A stretch of DNA of 32,000 bases. Origin: Anaerovoracaceae bacterium. Its GTDB lineage: Bacteria > Bacillota > Clostridia > Peptostreptococcales > Anaerovoracaceae. Location of the stretch: the NCBI GenBank assembly GCA_045114795.1, contig JBGUKZ010000097.1, forward strand, positions 11,466 to 43,465, given 5' to 3'. Below the pieces are notes generated by a model, which was given only the letters and a program-made list of their open reading frames with translations, did not search any database and was not told where the DNA came from. The translations under genes and the position numbers were made by a program. Of the stretch, positions 18,195 to 26,015 are shown piece after piece. The stretch's first letter is position 1. Every line of letters starts with the position of its first letter.

Positions 18195-19715
18195 ATGAAA
18201 CTTTTGCTGACAACGATCAAAACGGACAACAAAAGCACGGACCTGGAACTCAAATACCTGTACAGCGTGATCGCGGATGCTCCGTTGGACGTGACGCTCA
18301 GGACATATGACCGCCACGATCTTTATACGGATATATTCGAGGACATCGCGAACGGCCAGTACAATATAGTCTACTTCCACGCGAACGCCGAAAACGAGGC
18401 GCAGCTGAGGCATGTGGCGGACATGGTAAAGAAAGCCGCTCCGAGCATCGCCATACTGTTCGGCGGCCTGCAGGTGTCCTTCGATACCCGCAGATTCATG
18501 AAGGAGAATGACTTTGTGGACTACGTGATCAGGGGAGAGGGAGAGAGCGTTCTGTTCGGCTTCCTCAAGTCGCTACTGGACTATGAGTTCGACTTCGAGA
18601 ACATTGCCGGGCTCGCCTACAGAGAGGGCGACCAGGTGGTGGTGAACCCGTTCGACGCTCCGGTGGACATGGAGTCGCTTCCGTTCCCATACGAGAGATT
18701 CGAAGCCGGAAAGGGCACTGTATACTACGAGTCCATCAGAGGCACTTCAGACAGGACGGTATACTCGCAGCATCTTCCGGACGCCAGAGTCAGGGCGCTC
18801 AGCCTCGGCAGGGTATGCACTGAACTCAGGTACTTCCTGGCCAACGAGACGGAGCGCGTCGTGTTCCTCGACAGGTTCTTCAACTACAACAGCGAGAGAG
18901 CCTACAGGATATTTGAGTACATAATCAACAACGACAACGGAGTGACATCCTTCGAATTCAACATCAACGGCGATGAGCTCGATGAAGAGACCATCAGACT
19001 GCTTTCGGAGGCGAGAGACGGCCAGATCATCTTCCATATCGACGTAGCCAGCACCAACGCGGAAGTGCTCGCGGCGATAGGCAGGGGCGAGAACATCTAC
19101 CGCCTCATGTATAACACCACGAAGCTGCTGCAGGGCGGCAACATAACCACGGAGATACATGTAAGGGCCGGCCTTCCGCTCGAGACGGAAGCGATGTTTG
19201 CCCGCTCGTTCAACAAGGCGTTCGGGATGGCCGAAGGCATGCCTGTCCATATAGACGAACTGCTCATGAGCAAGGGCACGGATCTCAGGTCCGACGCGGC
19301 CGCAAACGGCTATGTATACGCGCTCAACGCGCCTTACGAGGTCATAGCGACCGGCAACATGAGCGCCGAAGAGATGCTGAGGATAAGAGGCATAGCCCGC
19401 ACCGTTGAGTGTTTCGTGGGCGACGGCGGATTCAAAAAGTCGATCCCGAGAGTGCTCAATGACACCGGCATCAAGCCATACGATCTTTTCGCAAGGCTCT
19501 CCGCCTTCATCACAAAGAACGGGCTCGGCGGCAAGACACGCAAGAAAGAGCATCTCGCGCGCATACTGTTCAAATTCGCGGGCGACCTCTATGACGATCT
19601 CGCGGATCCTGTGAAACATGACATACTCAAGGACGTCATCTACGCTGACCTTGAGACCATGATCTCCGAAGACGCGATCAAGAAGTTCGACAGAAAAGGC
19701 TGGGATATAGATTGA
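18195..19715 (+). CDS. B12-binding-domain/radical-SAM-like protein (DUF4080-type architecture) lacking the CxxxCxxC cluster motif
   Basis: 506 aa. The N-terminus and spacing resemble B12-binding radical SAM enzymes (MKLLLTTIK..., ILFGGLQVSFD, DYVIRGEGE, GLAYREG, PFPY, VYYESIRG..., VVFLDRFFNYN, HVRAGLPLET). Where RGCPxxCxYC is expected, the sequence reads RGTSDRTVYSQ. Only two Cys occur in the whole protein. Confidence 0.7.
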   Translation: MKLLLTTIKTDNKSTDLELKYLYSVIADAPLDVTLRTYDRHDLYTDIFEDIANGQYNIVYFHANAENEAQLRHVADMVKKAAPSIAILFGGLQVSFDTRRFMKENDFVDYVIRGEGESVLFGFLKSLLDYEFDFENIAGLAYREGDQVVVNPFDAPVDMESLPFPYERFEAGKGTVYYESIRGTSDRTVYSQHLPDARVRALSLGRVCTELRYFLANETERVVFLDRFFNYNSERAYRIFEYIINNDNGVTSFEFNINGDELDEETIRLLSEARDGQIIFHIDVASTNAEVLAAIGRGENIYRLMYNTTKLLQGGNITTEIHVRAGLPLETEAMFARSFNKAFGMAEGMPVHIDELLMSKGTDLRSDAAANGYVYALNAPYEVIATGNMSAEEMLRIRGIARTVECFVGDGGFKKSIPRVLNDTGIKPYDLFARLSAFITKNGLGGKTRKKEHLARILFKFAGDLYDDLADPVKHDILKDVIYADLETMISEDAIKKFDRKGWDID

Positions 19716-20773
19716 GCGAAAACGAAAACAGAGACAGAATAAGCAAATTCCTTTCTCCGCGAATTCAGGACATGATGTTCGCGGAGCTTTCGCCTGACTA
19801 TCTTTCCAGGACCAATGCCGCGGATATCCTGGGCGGGATCCCGGTGCCCGTTGGCATCGAGGGAAGCGACGCGAAAGGCGCGATAGACCTCAAGAGCATA
19901 GTTCTCAACATGGCCAAAGTCATGGGAGGGGACCCGCTCTTCATCTATGCTGACAAGTACACTGACTTCATCAAACATGCAGTAGGAGAGAATGCCGTCG
20001 CGATGCTCGTTTCAGAAGGCGCTCATTCCGCGGATACAGGCGACCTGGAAGACGCCTGCATGCTCCTGAGGGCTGCCATGAGGCTCGATCCGAAGTCTAA
20101 AGAGGCGCTCTATCTCTACGCGAGAGCCTGCAAGGAAACTTACGAGACAGAAGCGGCAGCGGCTCCGGACGGGATGGGAGACGAAGAGAAGATCGGACTG
20201 TTCAAGGCCGAGTCAACTGAGACTTTTGAGCTCCTGACAATGATCCATCCGGAATTCGCGATGGGCTACTACTTCCTCGGGTATGCGTATCTGAACATGG
20301 GCCTTTACCTGAAGGCAAAGCTCACGTGGCAGGACTTTCTGAGGCTGTCGGCAGGCAGCGAGACGGAGATCCACGAGATGGACGATCAGCTGCTTGCCTC
20401 TCTGAGAGAAGAGATATCCGAAAGGGTAGAAGAACTCGAAGCGCCGGTCGAAATAGAACTCGGCTGCAACAGCATAATGGGCGGGGACTTTGCCGGAGGC
20501 AGGGACGCGCTGATGAAGTTCACAGAAGGCAGCTATTCTCAGTGGTGGCCGCTCTGGTATTATCTCGGCGTGGCGGAGGCCTCGCTCGGGAACGCGGATG
20601 AAGCCATCGCAGACTTCAAAAGGGTGCTGACATTATCGCCGAGCAATACGGACGCGATGGACGAACTCGTTCATATCTATGAGGCTACAGGCGATGCTGA
20701 AAACGCCTCAAAGTACCGCAAAAAAATAGATATAGTAAACAGCAACAGGGAAGAGGAAAACGGAGCCGTATGA
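19712..20773 (+). CDS. Tetratricopeptide (TPR) repeat protein
   Basis: 353 aa. TPR-like helical pairs (DLEDACMLLRAAMRLDPKSKEALYLYARA; MGYYFLGYAYLNMGLYLKAKLTWQDFLRL; WYYLGVAEASLGNADEAIADFKRVLTLSPSNTDAMDEL). The TTG start overlaps the upstream stop (ATTGA). The start is uncertain, and ATG codons exist further in. Confidence 0.7.
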   Translation: MSENENRDRISKFLSPRIQDMMFAELSPDYLSRTNAADILGGIPVPVGIEGSDAKGAIDLKSIVLNMAKVMGGDPLFIYADKYTDFIKHAVGENAVAMLVSEGAHSADTGDLEDACMLLRAAMRLDPKSKEALYLYARACKETYETEAAAAPDGMGDEEKIGLFKAESTETFELLTMIHPEFAMGYYFLGYAYLNMGLYLKAKLTWQDFLRLSAGSETEIHEMDDQLLASLREEISERVEELEAPVEIELGCNSIMGGDFAGGRDALMKFTEGSYSQWWPLWYYLGVAEASLGNADEAIADFKRVLTLSPSNTDAMDELVHIYEATGDAENASKYRKKIDIVNSNREEENGAV

Positions 20774-20789
20774 CTCCGTTATTATTTTG
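20759..20789 (+). terminator. Terminator-like hairpin overlapping the TPR gene stop
   Basis: AACGGAG (20759-20765) pairs with CTCCGTT (20774-20780), followed by ATTATTTTGT. Confidence 0.45.
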
Positions 20790-20800
20790 TCAGGATTGTG

Positions 20801-20828
20801 TTGAATTTGTGAAGACGAATGATATAAT
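20801..20828 (+). promoter_or_regulatory. SigA-type promoter for the DUF819 gene (TTGAAT-16 bp-TGaTATAAT)
   Basis: TTGAAT at 20801-20806, a TG at 20820-20821, and TATAAT at 20823-20828. Confidence 0.6.
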
Positions 20829-20885
20829 AAGGTGTCAATATACCCGGCAACGGGCAATTGTGTCATAAATAAGGAGGTTTTTATT

Positions 20886-22136
20886 ATGACTGGTTTATGG
20901 ATGGGATTGGTAGGACGCGAGTCTCTGATCGCAGCCGATGACATGTGGGGACTCCTTGTAGTCATGACCGTGGGTGTATTCTTCTCCATCTGGCTGGAGC
21001 AGAAATACGCATGGGCTTCAAAGGTATCCGGCGCTATCATCGCTCTGATCATCGCTATGGTCCTTGCCAACCTGGGAGTGATCCCGACTTCATGCGTACT
21101 TTACGATGACATCGTATGGGGTGTGATCGTTCCTCTCGGCATCCCTATGCTGCTTCTTCAGTGCAACATGAAGAAGATCTGGGCTGAGACAGGACGAATG
21201 TTGGTTATTTTCCTGATAGGTGCGGTCGGTACCGTTTGCGGTGCTTATCTCGCTTACTTCCTGCTCAAGGGACCTTACGGCAACGCTCAGGATCTCGCAA
21301 GAGTAGCTTCGATGATGACAGGTTCATACATCGGCGGCGGTGTAAACTTTGCTGCAATGGCTTCTCAGTATGCTGCGGGTGAGGACGTAACGGCTGCAGC
21401 TACAGTAGCAGATAACCTGCTGATGGCTATCTACTTCTTCGTACTTATCTTCTTCGCAGGAAACAGCTGGTTCCGCAAGAACTTCAAGCACCCTCTGATC
21501 GAGGAAGTCGAGTCCGGCGCAGTAGATCTCGAAGAGGCCAAGACACTTGCCGCTCAGTTCTGGAGCCGCAAGGACATCTCCCTCAAGGATATCGCGATCA
21601 ATATCGCGTATGCTTCCACAGTAGTCTGGGTTTCCAGACTGGTTGCGGGACTGTTCGGCGGATTTGAGCCAAACGGCGTATTCATGAACTTCGTAGTAAG
21701 GTTCCTCGGATCCCAGTACGTATGGATCACAACATTCTCCGTACTTGTTGCTACGTTCATGACAAAGACAGTAAAGGAAATGCACGGATCTCAGGAGATC
21801 GGTACTTACTTCATCTACCTGTTCCTCTTCGTAATCGGTGTTCCTGCAAACATCTACACCGTTGTTACAAAGAGCCCGCTCTTCCTTGTACTCACAGCTA
21901 TCATGGTATTCGTCAACATGATCTTCTGCTTCGGAGCTGCCAAGATCTTCAAGTTCAACCTTGAGGATGCTATCATCGCTTCGAACGCGAACATCGGCGG
22001 ACCTACCACAGCTGCAGGTATGGCTATCTCGCAGGGCTGGGTCGACCTCGTCGGACCGGCAATGCTCACAGGTACATTCGGCTACGTTATCGGTAACTAT
22101 CTCGGAACCATCGTAGCTGTATCGCTTGGACTATAG
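20886..22136 (+). CDS. DUF819-family polytopic membrane protein (putative transporter)
   Basis: 416 aa from ATG 20886, which is preceded by AGGAGG at 20872-20877. Many hydrophobic helices. The sequence pattern (SKVSGAIIALIIAMVLANLGVIP, MMTGSYIGGGVNFAAM, ASNANIGGPTTAA) is what I recognise as DUF819/YjcL-like. The track start 20832 lies within the promoter and leader. Confidence 0.78.
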   Translation: MTGLWMGLVGRESLIAADDMWGLLVVMTVGVFFSIWLEQKYAWASKVSGAIIALIIAMVLANLGVIPTSCVLYDDIVWGVIVPLGIPMLLLQCNMKKIWAETGRMLVIFLIGAVGTVCGAYLAYFLLKGPYGNAQDLARVASMMTGSYIGGGVNFAAMASQYAAGEDVTAAATVADNLLMAIYFFVLIFFAGNSWFRKNFKHPLIEEVESGAVDLEEAKTLAAQFWSRKDISLKDIAINIAYASTVVWVSRLVAGLFGGFEPNGVFMNFVVRFLGSQYVWITTFSVLVATFMTKTVKEMHGSQEIGTYFIYLFLFVIGVPANIYTVVTKSPLFLVLTAIMVFVNMIFCFGAAKIFKFNLEDAIIASNANIGGPTTAAGMAISQGWVDLVGPAMLTGTFGYVIGNYLGTIVAVSLGL

Positions 22137-22154
22137 CTGAATACTGATCACAGA

Positions 22155-22194
22155 CAGGCGCTTTGGGCTATGCCCGGAGCGCCTGCGCGCTTTT
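22155..22194 (+). terminator. GC-rich hairpin between the DUF819 and dipeptidase genes (weak terminator or attenuator)
   Basis: CAGGCGCT (22155-22162) pairs with AGCGCCTG (22178-22185), with a nested GGGC/GCCC stem. A short TTTT follows at 22191-22194 after a 5-nt gap. Confidence 0.35.
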
Positions 22195-22208
22195 ACAGGA
22201 GAAAAGAA

Positions 22209-23192
22209 ATGAAGTGTTTTGACGCACACAGCGATATCTGGACAGATATCACTATTAAAAGACTAAAAGGTGAGACCAACGCGTTTCACAACCACCATTT
22301 TGAAAGACTTCAGAAGGGCGGAGTAGAGGGAAGCATCTTTGTTATCTGGGTGGATCCTCCTCATACCAGGGACTACGCAAAAAGAACTCATGAGATCTTC
22401 AGCTGCGTATCGGATGAGATCGCAGAGTCCAAGGACTTCAGGATCGTAAAGACTTACGATGAGATGATGAAGGCCAGGGAAGACGGAGTTTTCTATATAA
22501 TGATCGGAGTAGAAGGCATGGCATACGCTTCGTATGACCCGACTTTTGCCAAACTCGACGAGTATTATGACTTCGGAGCAAGACACGGAATGCTGACATG
22601 GAACGAAGAGAACGGCTTCGGACACAGCGCAGCGTCCGGCAGCACAGAAGGACTGAGCGACCTCGGAAAGAAAGCCGTGCTGCACATGATCGAAAAGAAG
22701 ATGATCGTGGACACATCGCACCTCAACGAGGCGGGATTCTGGGACATCGCCCGCATCATGGACGGCCGTCCGTTCATCGCTTCGCACTCCGACTGCAAGA
22801 AGTTCAGCTCGCATCCGAGAAACCTCACGGACGATCAGCTCAGGGCTATCAGAGAAGCGAACGGCTGCGTGGGTCTCAATGCCTGGAACGAGTTCCTTGA
22901 TGAGGACCCGGCTAAGGGTGACATAAACAGGCTGGCAGACCACTGCGAGCACATGATCGACATCATGGGCATCGACCACGTTGGCTGTGGATTCGACTTC
23001 TGCGGATTCCTCGGAGACCCTAACGACCCGGAGATCTACTCGGGAATGGACGCGGTCACTGCGGGACTTGAAGATTCGAGCAAGATCCCTCATCTCTTTG
23101 ATATACTCAGAGCAAGAGGGATGCGTGAAGATGAGATCGAAAAGATCGCTTTCAGAAACTTCCACAGGATCGTAAAAGAAGTTGTCGGATAA
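22209..23192 (+). CDS. Membrane-dipeptidase-family (peptidase M19) dipeptidase
   Basis: 327 aa from ATG 22209 (AGGAG at 22197-22201). N-terminal FDAHSD (HxD metal motif), GVEG, MLTWNEEN, VDTSHL and ASHSD match the M19 amidohydrolase-fold pattern. Confidence 0.85.
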   Translation: MKCFDAHSDIWTDITIKRLKGETNAFHNHHFERLQKGGVEGSIFVIWVDPPHTRDYAKRTHEIFSCVSDEIAESKDFRIVKTYDEMMKAREDGVFYIMIGVEGMAYASYDPTFAKLDEYYDFGARHGMLTWNEENGFGHSAASGSTEGLSDLGKKAVLHMIEKKMIVDTSHLNEAGFWDIARIMDGRPFIASHSDCKKFSSHPRNLTDDQLRAIREANGCVGLNAWNEFLDEDPAKGDINRLADHCEHMIDIMGIDHVGCGFDFCGFLGDPNDPEIYSGMDAVTAGLEDSSKIPHLFDILRARGMREDEIEKIAFRNFHRIVKEVVG

Positions 23193-23223
23193 ATGCCCTG
23201 ATCTCAAAGAAGGAGGATACATC

Positions 23224-24078
23224 ATGGTAGATTACAAAAAGCCTATCCCAAAGGTGGAATTCCTTTCAAACAAGCTGCCTGTAGCCGATCCGTCGGATGA
23301 GCCGATGGTATACATGGACGGCAGGTTCATATTGAATTCATGGTACAACAAATGGCCTGAGGACAACATGAAGCCTCTGCCGGGATCGAGCCCGAGCATA
23401 ATGTGCCGCAAGACCGTGTTCGAGATGGTAGAGAAGGCCGAAGCATTGCTGCCTGAGGGCTATAAATTCTCGATTTACGACGCCTACAGACCGGCCGCGG
23501 TCCAGCAGGCCTTATGGGATTATTACAGGGCTAAAAAGGTCGAAGAATTCCCTGACGCCACGCCAGAGGAAATCGATTACCAGACGATGTTCTGCGTCTC
23601 GTTCCCTTCGTACAACATCCTGCTGCCTTCGCTCCACAATACCGGCGGAGCAGTCGATCTTACGATAGTCGGACCGGATGGAAAAGAACTCGACATGGGA
23701 AGCGATTTCGATGAATTCACCAACAGAGCCTGGACGACTTATTACGAAGAGGGCGGAGAAGGCGAAGGCGTCAACGACACCGCCAGAGACAACCGCAGGA
23801 TGCTTTATAATGTGATGACGGCTGTCGGTTTCACCAACTTCCCGTCTGAGTGGTGGCATTTCGACTACGGCGACGAGAAGTGGGGACTCTTCACTGACAA
23901 CGCTCCTATCTACGGCGGCGTGCTTGACGCGGAAGTAAGAGATACAGTTCCTTACAACAACATGGAACTCGTCAGAAAAGCAAACGCCGAGCAGCAGGAG
24001 ATCGTTAAGCAGATCAAGGAACTCCGTGAAAGGTGCAAAGCTCTTGACGAAGAAGTCGCTGCAGTAATGAGAGGATAG
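23224..24078 (+). CDS. M15-family D-alanyl-D-alanine dipeptidase (VanX/DdpX-like) with N- and C-terminal extensions
   Basis: 284 aa from ATG 23224 (AGGAGG at 23211-23216). YDAYRP, SLHNTGGAVDLT (the SxHxxGxAxD zinc motif) and EWWHFDY are the VanX-family signatures. The last roughly 45 aa look like a coiled-coil. Confidence 0.85.
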   Translation: MVDYKKPIPKVEFLSNKLPVADPSDEPMVYMDGRFILNSWYNKWPEDNMKPLPGSSPSIMCRKTVFEMVEKAEALLPEGYKFSIYDAYRPAAVQQALWDYYRAKKVEEFPDATPEEIDYQTMFCVSFPSYNILLPSLHNTGGAVDLTIVGPDGKELDMGSDFDEFTNRAWTTYYEEGGEGEGVNDTARDNRRMLYNVMTAVGFTNFPSEWWHFDYGDEKWGLFTDNAPIYGGVLDAEVRDTVPYNNMELVRKANAEQQEIVKQIKELRERCKALDEEVAAVMRG

Positions 24079-24085
24079 TATCCGG

Positions 24086-24580
24086 ATGAGATCCAGCAGA
24101 CATATCGCAAAATGGCTCATAATAACTCTTATCATGGCAATAGGCATCGGTACTTTTGCCGCGCTTACCGTGCGCAATGAAAAGGAGAAGGAGCAGAGCG
24201 AGGCCAAGTCGTCGACCTATCTGACCAATCAGAGACAGAAGGACATCGACATGAAGGACCTCAAGACTCTTTTGGGAGATTATGACGCCGAGAGCGGTTC
24301 CTGGCATCTGTTTATCGATGAGGACTTCGAGGACAAAGGCCCGTACCTGTCGGTATACGACGCCGGCGCCGGAAACCCGGGATTTGAAGGCCGTATAATG
24401 TACCTGAAGGAGGGCATCCTGATAGTCGAGATCGATCAGGACCTCTATGAGGGAATGCCTGAAGGCTGGGAGCCGGAGGGGAAGGGCAAGTACGCCATCC
24501 TCGACTACGCTCTCACGGACGGAGGCATACGTCTGGGGTACAGAGGCAAAGAAGTAGATTTCGTTAAGGCTTTCAGTTGA
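24086..24580 (+). CDS. Hypothetical membrane-anchored protein
   Basis: 164 aa. N-terminal TM (WLIITLIMAIGIGTFAALTV), then a charged linker and a small soluble domain. It starts 7 nt after the upstream stop. No family recognised. Confidence 0.6.
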   Translation: MRSSRHIAKWLIITLIMAIGIGTFAALTVRNEKEKEQSEAKSSTYLTNQRQKDIDMKDLKTLLGDYDAESGSWHLFIDEDFEDKGPYLSVYDAGAGNPGFEGRIMYLKEGILIVEIDQDLYEGMPEGWEPEGKGKYAILDYALTDGGIRLGYRGKEVDFVKAFS

Positions 24581-24593
24581 TCTGAAAGCCTTA
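24565..24593 (+). other. Perfect 12-bp stem-loop enclosing the stop codon of the 24086 gene, with no T-tract
   Basis: TAAGGCTTTCAG (24565-24576), loop TTGAT, CTGAAAGCCTTA (24582-24593). The TGA stop at 24578-24580 is in the loop. The RBS of the next gene (AGGAG, 24601-24605) starts 8 nt downstream. Confidence 0.6.
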
Positions 24594-24611
24594 GCGTATC
24601 AGGAGAAAAAA

Positions 24612-25307
24612 ATGAGTGTAAAAACAAAAAGAACCGGTTTTGCTGTCGTTGTCGCTCTGATCGTCTGCTTTGCGCTGATGGCAAGCGGCTGCTCAACGGC
24701 AGACGAGGCTGACCCGGCAGTTGGCGCAGCAATAAATGAAATCGGGGAGAGCGCAGCTGAAAACACAGAAGATACAGTTCCGGCAGCGGGGGTGTATGCC
24801 GAATTGATACGGAATGATCAAACGATAGAGATCACACCGGTAGAGGGCGGTATCACAGACAGTACCGTGCTGCCGACATTTAAGTGCACTTTCGGAGATA
24901 TGACAAACGAAGCTCAGAACGCGCTTGAAGAGGGAAGAGTATTCCCTAAGGAGTTCTTCCGGGATCTGACCGCGTGCATGCTTATAAGCGAAGAGATGAT
25001 GGCGGGCAAGGACCATGACGCGATCATGTACGCGCTTTCAACTCTGGCAGCCATGGCCAATGAGTTCTGGTCCCTGGATCCCGTTCTTAAGAACGTGGAG
25101 TATGAAATAGGTGATGACGGCAATGTCGCCAGAAGCATCTATAACGTGCACTTCGGAACCGGCGATCAGGATGGGCAGATAATATACGACAATCAGGCCC
25201 GGAAATGGTATCTTGGAGAAGCGGAGTATTCAGGCAGCATCGACAGTACGGAGACCATTGCGGTTTGGTGGACAGTATTTGATGTTGCGGACGGGAACAT
25301 CCAATAG
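24612..25307 (+). CDS. Hypothetical lipoprotein
   Basis: 231 aa. Signal peptide with a lipobox (FALMASGC at residues 20-27), then an acidic linker. No family recognised. Confidence 0.65.
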   Translation: MSVKTKRTGFAVVVALIVCFALMASGCSTADEADPAVGAAINEIGESAAENTEDTVPAAGVYAELIRNDQTIEITPVEGGITDSTVLPTFKCTFGDMTNEAQNALEEGRVFPKEFFRDLTACMLISEEMMAGKDHDAIMYALSTLAAMANEFWSLDPVLKNVEYEIGDDGNVARSIYNVHFGTGDQDGQIIYDNQARKWYLGEAEYSGSIDSTETIAVWWTVFDVADGNIQ

Positions 25308-25361
25308 GAAGAGGCTGATCCCTGCAGGGCCGGAATATATGAGATAAAATGATTTGGGGTG

Positions 25362-25390
25362 TTGACATCAATGCCCCAATCTTCTATAAT
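25362..25390 (+). promoter_or_regulatory. Consensus SigA promoter of the tRNA operon (TTGACA-17 bp-TATAAT)
   Basis: TTGACA at 25362-25367 and TATAAT at 25385-25390 with a spacer of exactly 17 bp, about 28 nt upstream of the first tRNA. Confidence 0.8.
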
Positions 25391-25418
25391 ATGCAAGTCG
25401 CAATCAAGCGATGACTGT

Positions 25419-25493
25419 TCCGAGGTAGCTCAATGGCAGAGCAACCGGCTGTTAACCGGTAGGTTGTGGGTTCGAGCCCCACCCTCGGAGCCA
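25419..25493 (+). tRNA. tRNA-Asn (anticodon GTT)
   Basis: 75 nt including an encoded CCA. Acceptor TCCGAGG/CCTCGGA, anticodon stem ACCGG/CCGGT with loop CTGTTAA, and T-arm GTGGG-TTCGAGC-CCCAC. Confidence 0.95.
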
Positions 25494-25507
25494 TTTTTGA
25501 CAGATAT

Positions 25508-25596
25508 GCCGGAGTGGTGGAATTGGTAGACACCTGGGACTTAAAATCCTATGGGTAGTGATACCCGTACCGGTTCGAGTCCGGTCTCCGGTACCA
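25508..25596 (+). tRNA. tRNA-Leu (anticodon TAA)
   Basis: 89 nt including CCA. Acceptor GCCGGAG/CTCCGGT, anticodon loop CTTAAAA, a long variable arm (TGGGTAGTGATACCCGT) typical of class II tRNA, and T-arm CCGG-TTCGAGT-CCGG. Confidence 0.95.
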
Positions 25597-25616
25597 CTTC
25601 GACAACAATTTAATGA

Positions 25617-25692
<76 letters not shown>

Positions 25693-25702
25693 AAAGCATT
25701 AG

Positions 25703-25742
25703 AAAAGCCTGAAGTTTCAACACTTTCAGGCTTTTGCTTTTT
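25703..25742 (+). terminator. Rho-independent terminator of the tRNA operon
   Basis: AAAAGCCTGAA (25703-25713) pairs with TTCAGGCTTTT (25725-25735), followed by GCTTTTT. Confidence 0.7.
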
Positions 25743-25802
25743 ACCGGTTCAAAGGTCAAGTTCTCAATTGTCAACGAATTGTCACTTTGATCACTGCATT
25801 AG

Positions 25803-26015
25803 GCATCATCGACATCATCAATAATTGTTCAAATTGATCATGCCATTTCTCTTTTGAGAAATGGACACTCGTATAAGGAAGTTGCAGCAATTACCAATAT
25901 AAGCAAAGTAAGATATTTTCTGTTTTCAGACAGACTATGGATAGAATGGTTACACTTATCTGATATAATTCTCACACATGGTTTTTATAAAACACTAGCG
26001 AGACTTTTAGACCGA
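25803..26015 (+). pseudogene. Possible remnant of an HTH-domain gene (sigma-70 region-4-like or recombinase-type HTH), with no usable start codon
   Basis: The frame is open from 25803 to the TAA at 26016-26018 and has no ATG or RBS. It encodes ...IDHAISLLRNGHSYKEVAAITNISK..., which resembles the L-x-x-G-x-S-Y-x-E-I-A-x-x-x-x-I-S helix-turn-helix pattern. Similarity is lost after that point. The segment is AT-rich. Confidence 0.3.

Noticed and set aside
22209-24078. The VanX-like gene as evidence of a vancomycin-resistance cluster.
   Set aside because: No D-Ala-D-Lac/Ser ligase, no VanH-type dehydrogenase and no VanRS two-component system is adjacent. The context (M19 dipeptidase, DUF819) fits dipeptide catabolism better.
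25743-25800. CCGGTTCAAAGGTCAAGTTCTC resembles the tRNA T-arm sequences (CCGGTTCGAGTCCGGTCTC), so it could be an att-site direct repeat. There is also an AATTGTCA direct repeat at about 25766-25782.
   Set aside because: The similarity is short and gapped, and I could not find a second matching copy that would delimit an element within the window. I mention it under the island-scar finding only as something to test.
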